Of a DNA stretch of 24,313 bases, positions 20,674 through 24,313 are shown piece after piece (position 1 is the stretch's first letter; each line of letters begins with the position of its first letter). The notes under the pieces are model-generated. The model saw nothing but the letters and a program-made list of their open reading frames with translations, made no database searches and was not told the DNA's origin. The translations under genes were made by a program, and so were the position numbers. Origin of the DNA: a virus; IMG/VR virus record IMGVR_UViG_3300045988_065523, positions 1 to 24,313 of that record, one strand, 5' to 3'.

Positions 20674-21162
20674 TTAAAAGTCTTTAAATAAATAATAATC
20701 TACTTGTCCTTGTAAGTCTTTAGTTATAGCATCATCAAGAAGTTCCATATAATTGTTCTCTATATATTCTATAGTATTAGTAAGTGGATGTTTTCCTTGA
20801 GTTCCTTGAAGATGTATCTTTCTTCCAATTAAATATGCAAGTTGATCTACAGTAGGTAACTTGCCATTATAAGGTCTTGGAATTACTGGCTTAGTTTTAA
20901 TCCAACTCTTTATATCAGATAATGGAGGAAATTTACCAGCAGCTCTGCCTTCTTCAACATATTCTCAATAATCTAATAAGCTAAAATTAACCTCATAGTC
21001 TCCATCCTGAGTCTCAACTATATAGTTTAAACTATTACCTAATGCTCCAGTGTCATCAGATCTGGTTTTAACTAATTCCTGTCTATAAAGAGAAATTATA
21101 AGATCTCCTCACTTTCTTAATAGCTCACTTAAATTTGAGAACTTTAATTCTTGAATATTCAT
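20674..21162 (-). CDS. small virion protein, possibly HK97 gp10-like (162 aa), two sense TGAs
   Basis: It is absent from the standard-code track. The sequence reads MNIQELKFSNLSELLRK-W-GDLIISLYRQEL...NFSLLDY-W-EYVEEGRAAGKFPP...DYYLFKDF*. TGAs lie at 21109-21111 and 20965-20967. The 'YWEYVEEGR' motif resembles the ..VE.G motif of gp10-type tail-completion proteins. This is a weak assignment. Confidence 0.6.
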
Positions 21163-21190
21163 TTTTATTAAAATATATTATTTTATATAT
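21163..21190 (-). promoter_or_regulatory. conserved A/T leader (AAAATAATATATTTTAATAAAA-ATG) upstream of the tail operon
   Basis: It is nearly identical to the leader at 23993..24020 (AAAATAATATATTTTAAATAAAA-ATG). The core TATATTTTA lies 6-7 nt from the ATG. It comes after a terminator hairpin, so it is a candidate promoter or initiation signal. Confidence 0.35.
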
Positions 21191-21195
21191 TAGTA

Positions 21196-21225
21196 GCTAA
21201 TGAAAATAGGGAGGTGTACTCCCTA
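21196..21225 (-). terminator. GC-stem hairpin / terminator between the chaperone-like gene and the tail operon
   Basis: UAGGGAG-UACAC-CUCCCUA (stem 21207-21213 / 21219-21225), followed on the minus strand by UUUUCAUU. There is also a T-run on the plus side, so it could work in both directions. Confidence 0.6.
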
Positions 21226-21231
21226 TTTTAT

Positions 21232-21282
21232 ATGTAACTTTTTTATATTATCTTAGTACCAAATATGAGTAAAAAGGTTACA
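21232..21282 (-). repeat. 51-nt hairpin-forming element, copy B (opposite orientation to copy A)
   Basis: The plus strand reads ATGTAACTTTTTTATATTATCTTAGTACCAAATATGAGTAAAAAGGTTACA. Its reverse complement CTGTAACCTTTTTACTCATATTTGGTACT...AAAAAAGTTACA aligns with copy A's plus strand. It starts 1 nt after the TAA (21284-21286) of the -1 frame extension. Confidence 0.75.
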
Positions 21283-21283
21283 G

Positions 21284-21601
21284 TTAATGTTTTCTTTTTC
21301 ATTCTTCAATCTGTCTATTTTCTTCATTAGCTTTATCTATAACATAGCATATAAGATTCAGGAACTCTTTAATCTGCATATCATATATCTGATGCCAATT
21401 AAATCTGGTAACTTCACTCACCTTATCTATTCAGATAATTCAGCTTCATTTTTGAGTAAAAGGATTAATCGTCTCGTCTGTATTAAGCTCTTCAGAAGTT
21501 TCCTCCTTTCCAGTTTGTCCCTGGTTTTCCTTAGTCTCTTCTTCATCTCCCTTTCCGAAGAGTGTAGGGTACTCAGCGTTGATACTTGCAATAAGTTTAC
21601 A
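21284..21601 (-). CDS. -1 frame extension of the chaperone-like gene (105 codons, four sense TGAs), giving a putative G/GT-type fusion of about 260 aa
   Basis: Every codon from 21601 down was translated: CKLIASINAEYPTLFGKGDEEETKENQGQTGKEETSEELNTDETINPFTQK-W-S-W-II-W-IDKVSEVTRFNWHQIYDMQIKEFLNLICYVIDKANEENRQIEE-W-KRKH*. There is no TAA or TAG for 105 codons. TGAs lie at 21446-48, 21440-42, 21431-33 and 21299-301. Confidence 0.6.
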
Positions 21602-22068
21602 AAAAAAAACATTATGTCTGAAAATATATCTATTGTTAGATGAGTATTTAAGAATTCTGCCTCATCAATAGGGTCATAATCTTCTCCATACTTCTTTCCA
21701 TTAGGTAGTAAGAAACAAGCTGCTAGATTAGGCATAAAATCATCATACTGCTTATAAAAATTCTGAAAGTCAATATATTGACTGGCCGTCATCTTATTAA
21801 CATTAAAAAAGACTTTATATTCTTTATTACCAATATTATAAGTAGTTTCTGGGGTTTTTGGCTTATATGGGGTCTCTATAAATTTAAGATTATTTATAAA
21901 TTCTTGTAGCTTGTTTACTTCCATATTAGTTATATCTTCTATAGGTATATCACTAAGTACAGATACCATAGCTAAATTCATATCTAATTCATTTTCCCAG
22001 TCTTTTCGTATTATCTCAAACAGTCTTTTATAATGAGATAAATCCATTTCATTCCAATTCTTTATCAT
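21427..22068 (-). CDS. tail assembly chaperone-like protein, 0-frame product (213 aa)
   Basis: Its ATG overlaps the TerL TAA (TAATG). The N-terminal 155 aa look like a real globular protein (...YNIGNKEYKVFFNVNKMTASQYIDFQNFYK...LLPNGKKYGEDYDP...). After the T9 run the 0-frame tail is low-complexity and basic (VNLLQVSTLSTLHSSEREMKKRLRKTRDKLERRKLL...). It ends in TAG. Confidence 0.6.
   Translation of the reverse strand: MIKNWNEMDLSHYKRLFEIIRKDWENELDMNLAMVSVLSDIPIEDITNMEVNKLQEFINNLKFIETPYKPKTPETTYNIGNKEYKVFFNVNKMTASQYIDFQNFYKQYDDFMPNLAACFLLPNGKKYGEDYDPIDEAEFLNTHLTIDIFSDIMFFFVNLLQVSTLSTLHSSEREMKKRLRKTRDKLERRKLLKSLIQTRRLILLLKNEAELSE
21601..21609 (-). promoter_or_regulatory. T9 (U UUU UUU) slippery run: candidate -1 ribosomal frameshift or transcriptional slippage site
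   Basis: The minus strand reads ATG TTT TTT TTT GTA (A9 on the plus strand at 21601-21609). The heptamer U_UUU_UUU is in the X_XXY_YYZ register of the 0 frame. The -1 frame opens immediately with TGT AAA CTT... Confidence 0.55.
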
Positions 22069-23351
22069 TATTTAATTGCAATATTATAAGTTCCTTTATT
22101 TGTATTTAAAGCATCATAAGCTAACATTAAAGATATACAAGTATCATCATTAAAGCCAGATGGAGCATTATATGATACATTTCCAGTCTTTGGATTATAA
22201 CTGGCTTCATATAGTCTTAATTCATTTAATAGTTTATCATCCTTTAAAATACCAATCTTTTCGTTTTCTAATGCAGCTTGTAGCTTATTTACAATAGCTG
22301 CTTTAGACTTATTAGTAGTTAAAAACTTAACTATCCGTAATTTAGGATTCCTTTTTACAAGAATATCATAAAACACTGAACCTATTGAGTTTTGTTCGAC
22401 TTGAACTATCTTTATAAATCCCTGATACTCAGTAAATATATTTGTCAGTAAATCAACTTGTTCTGTTGGAGTTTTGTCGTTAAAATACTTTATAAAGACC
22501 ATCTGCCCATTTTCATTTAAAGCTGTAATACAAGTATAGTCTTTACCAGAACCAGTAGCCCAGTCAACTCCAATATAAAGATTATGATATTCAGGTTTTT
22601 TATCAATTATGCAGTTAGATATATTATTAAAGAGACAACCATCATCATCTGCAAACTCCCCAAGATATTCAGTTCTAAATTTATTTTTGGAGGTTGTAAG
22701 GCGATACATTTCAAGTTTATCCTCACTCAATAGCACAGAGGTATCTTCTAATGCTCAATCAAAGGATTGATAATATTTGCTAAAATTGCCATCAAAGCCT
22801 TTTTTAAAGCATTCATAAAAGAATCCTTCTCTAAACCTTGGAGTACTAATTATAAGTATTGGAGCATTCCATACATCAGTGGTAGGCTTAATAATTTCAA
22901 ATACTTCATCTTTAAGATAAGCTGCCTCATCAAGTACTAATAATCCACTAACGGAGAATCCTCGTAATGAATCCATTTGTTCCCCAGATCTAAATAGTAT
23001 AGAACTGCCATTATTAAACTCTAATTCTAATAAGGTTTCATTCTTTCTCCTTAATATATCAGAGTCTATAACAGCTTGTACGAGTTCTTTAAATACCTTT
23101 CTAGATTGTCCAAGAGTTGGTTCAACTATACAATTAACACTCCCAGGATAATTTATAGCGAATCTCAATAATTCATTTTCTGCTAAGAATGATTTACCTA
23201 CCTGTCTCTTTGCTTTAATTGTAAAGATTTTACCAGACCTATATGAGTCATTCATAGCAGTATGTACCTTTAATTGATAGATAAATGGGCTATATCCTTT
23301 ATATATTTTTGTCATTGTTAATTGGATCTCCAAATTTAAACTGGACTTCAT
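22068..23351 (-). CDS. terL: terminase large subunit, 427 aa, one sense TGA
   Basis: Track ORFs 22755..23351 and 22068..22736 are in frame: ...KYYQSFD-W-ALEDTSVLLSEDKLEMYRL... TGA lies at 22755-22757, and the listed 'M' at 22736 is GTG Val. Motifs: Walker A AKRQVGKS, Walker B LLVLDEAAY, and nuclease motifs IGVDWATGSG and GFNDDTCISL. An alternative start is ATG 23315 (MTKIYKGY). Confidence 0.9.
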
Positions 23352-23748
23352 TATTCTGAATAGCTACAATAGTCTCAGGTTGATTTAATCCAAACATACT
23401 ATTTATAGTCTTAATAATCTCATTTGCAGCTCTAATATCTCCCTTACTAATAGCAGTATCCAGTAATGATTCCAATCTTGATAATTGTATATGTCTAAGA
23501 TTTTTTATAAGGTTATCATTCTTTTCAGCAATTATCTTATAAGCTTCTCCAATATATCTTGCAGCTGTTGATTGGCTTACATTATATTTACTTTGGAGTT
23601 CTTCACTTACTTTATTCCTTGACCATCCTTTGTTAAATAACCTTGCAGCATAAAGATATTTAGTCTTTACTTCGTCTATTTGTTCCTTTTCTACCTCTGC
23701 CTTTTTCGGTCTCCCTACTTTCTTCTTTATTTGCTCCTTCATCCTCAA
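23299..23748 (-). CDS. terS: terminase small subunit-like DNA-binding protein (147-149 aa)
   Basis: It lies immediately upstream of TerL. It has a basic N-terminus KKKVGRPKK and an HTH-like segment NKGWSRNKVSEELQSKYNVSQSTAARYIGEAYK. The track start at 23748 is TTG; the first ATG is at 23742. Confidence 0.65.
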   Translation of the reverse strand: MRMKEQIKKKVGRPKKAEVEKEQIDEVKTKYLYAARLFNKGWSRNKVSEELQSKYNVSQSTAARYIGEAYKIIAEKNDNLIKNLRHIQLSRLESLLDTAISKGDIRAANEIIKTINSMFGLNQPETIVAIQNNEVQFKFGDPINNDKNI

Positions 23749-23992
23749 TAGTTTTTAGTTTTTCAACATATTCAAAGTAGTAAACTCCAAGTCTCTTTAT
23801 AAGGTTAAGAACACAAGTTCCGCAGTTTATATTCATTTTATATGGCTGCTCTATTAGTTCCTCATAAATAGCTCTCATCCTTTCAGTATCTTCCTTTTGG
23901 ATATTACGACAATAGTTAGCTCTAACAGCACATTTAAACCTATTATCGAATTTACTTAAATATTCATACTGTTCTTTTGTTAATTCTTTCAT
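23660..23992 (-). CDS. hypothetical protein with CxxC motif (110 aa), first gene of the terminase operon
   Basis: Intact ORF with an ATG preceded by the conserved A/T leader. It contains NINCGTCVLNL. Its 3' end overlaps the TerS frame by 83-89 nt, so the true C-terminus is uncertain. Confidence 0.45.
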   Translation of the reverse strand: MKELTKEQYEYLSKFDNRFKCAVRANYCRNIQKEDTERMRAIYEELIEQPYKMNINCGTCVLNLIKRLGVYYFEYVEKLKTIEDEGANKEESRETEKGRGRKGTNRRSKD

Positions 23993-24020
23993 TTTTATTT
24001 AAAATATATTATTTTTAATC
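23993..24020 (-). promoter_or_regulatory. conserved A/T leader upstream of the terminase operon
   Basis: See 21163..21190. TATATTTTA occupies 24008..24000 on the minus strand, 7 nt before ATG 23992. Confidence 0.35.
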
Positions 24021-24313
24021 CAAGTATTTATAAACTATATCTATTAGTTTGGTAATCATATCTTTAATTAGAATCATACAATCCTTTATAACTGGAGTCA
24101 TAAATGCAATTAAAGCAATATATGCAATCATTAAGAAGCTTAATTGTCCAGTTACTAAGATATATAGTAAACTTGCCCACCAAGTGCAGCATAGAGAACA
24201 TCCAAATAAAGGTATAGACCAATCAGTATATTTAACTCCAGGATATAGTTTACTTCATACCCATCTATTTGCCTTGTCCATAGCTCCAGATAAATCAATG
24301 CAGAAGACAAGAA
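24015..24313 (-). CDS. small membrane protein (DUF1360-like CxxC..W pattern), one sense TGA; may be 5'-truncated by the window edge
   Basis: It is not in the standard-code track. The sequence is ...LVFCIDLSGAMDKANRWV-W-SKLYPGVKYTDWSIPLFGCSLCCTWWASLLYILVTGQLSFLMIAYIALIAFMTPVIKDCMILIKDMITKLIDIVYKYLD*. TGA lies at 24255-24257. A candidate ATG is at 24281, but the frame stays open to the window end. It ends in TAA at 24015-24017. Confidence 0.5.

Noticed and set aside
12917-21231. The segment between the two inverted elements as an invertible (Mu G-segment-like) host-range switch.
   Set aside because: Inversion would put the tape measure and tail genes antisense to all flanking operons, and it would not restore a canonical chaperone-TMP order. 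No invertase gene is present in the window. I kept it only as one of several options in the repeat finding.
21427-21600. The 0-frame C-terminal tail of the chaperone-like gene as a functional domain.
   Set aside because: It is not rejected outright, but it is doubtful. The 58 residues after the T9 run are low-complexity and basic (REMKKRLRKTRDKLERRKLLKSLIQTRRLILLLK), and they look like the out-of-frame reading of the Glu/Thr-rich -1 frame.
2459-21643. All plus-strand ORFs in the track: 2459..2764, 5130..5321, 6999..7187, 10585..10773, 10742..10954, 11222..11509, 11601..11807, 13047..13286, 13983..14171, 15438..15626, 15681..15863 and 21287..21643.
   Set aside because: Each lies entirely antisense to a long, motif-supported minus-strand gene. 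For 21287..21643 the minus-strand partner is the chaperone-like gene plus its -1 extension. Their sequences are low-complexity (Ser/Leu/Phe/Ile-rich, or Ala-rich shadows) and none has a recognisable motif.
70-24281. The interrupted ORFs as pseudogenes or a decaying prophage remnant.
   Set aside because: All 27 interruptions are TGA, none is TAA or TAG, and there are no frame changes. The interruptions fall at conserved Trp positions. Decay would produce mixed stop types and indels.
1-24313. tRNA (including a suppressor tRNA), rRNA, CRISPR array, integrase or att sites.
   Set aside because: Once genes are re-called with TGA as Trp, only short A/T-rich intergenic regions remain. I saw no GC-rich cloverleaf-like segment or T-loop (GGTTCGAAT-type) motif, no regularly spaced direct repeats, and no recombinase motifs.

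Overview
This window is an AT-rich tailed-phage packaging and structural region, roughly 25-30% GC in most sampled lines. Every credible gene lies on the minus strand, so transcription runs from about 24.3 kb down to 1.

The main result is that the standard-code ORF track is artificially fragmented, because in-frame TGA is read as a sense codon, almost certainly Trp (a code-4-like recoding). I translated every gap between neighbouring minus-strand fragments by hand. In each case the fragments are in the same frame, separated only by TGA and never by TAA or TAG.

- **TGA as Trp:** TGA falls at positions that are Trp in known motifs, for example the GIY-YIG motifs 'SRWRGGEGY' and 'KYGWNNIKH'.
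- **Counts:** there are 27 internal sense TGAs. Every reconstructed gene ends in TAA or TAG.
- **Merged genes:** a 1149-aa tail protein (5 fragments), an 896-aa tape measure (2 listed fragments plus an unlisted stretch), an 870-aa tail fibre (2 listed fragments plus an unlisted stretch), a 534-aa structural protein, a 427-aa large terminase, and two BspA/DUF285-like LRR proteins.

Gene order along the transcription direction is:
1. small membrane protein, small ORF, TerS, TerL
2. tail-assembly-chaperone-like gene with a T9 slippery run, whose -1 frame stays open for 105 codons only if TGA is read as Trp
3. hairpins
4. gp10-like protein, 534-aa protein, 1149-aa protein, tape measure
5. prohead protease, GIY-YIG endonuclease, scaffold, major capsid, tube-like protein
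6. terminator
7. two fibre/LRR cassettes
8. terminator
9. 133-aa ORF, portal, two small structural ORFs, second GIY-YIG endonuclease, membrane protein

Other observations:
- The capsid module is free of TGA and is richer in GC.
- A roughly 51-nt hairpin-forming element occurs twice, in opposite orientations.
- A conserved A/T leader motif sits just upstream of operon start codons.
- Shine-Dalgarno sequences are almost entirely absent.

I found no tRNA, rRNA, CRISPR array, integrase or suppressor tRNA in this window. All functional calls rest on motif recognition by eye, not on database searches.
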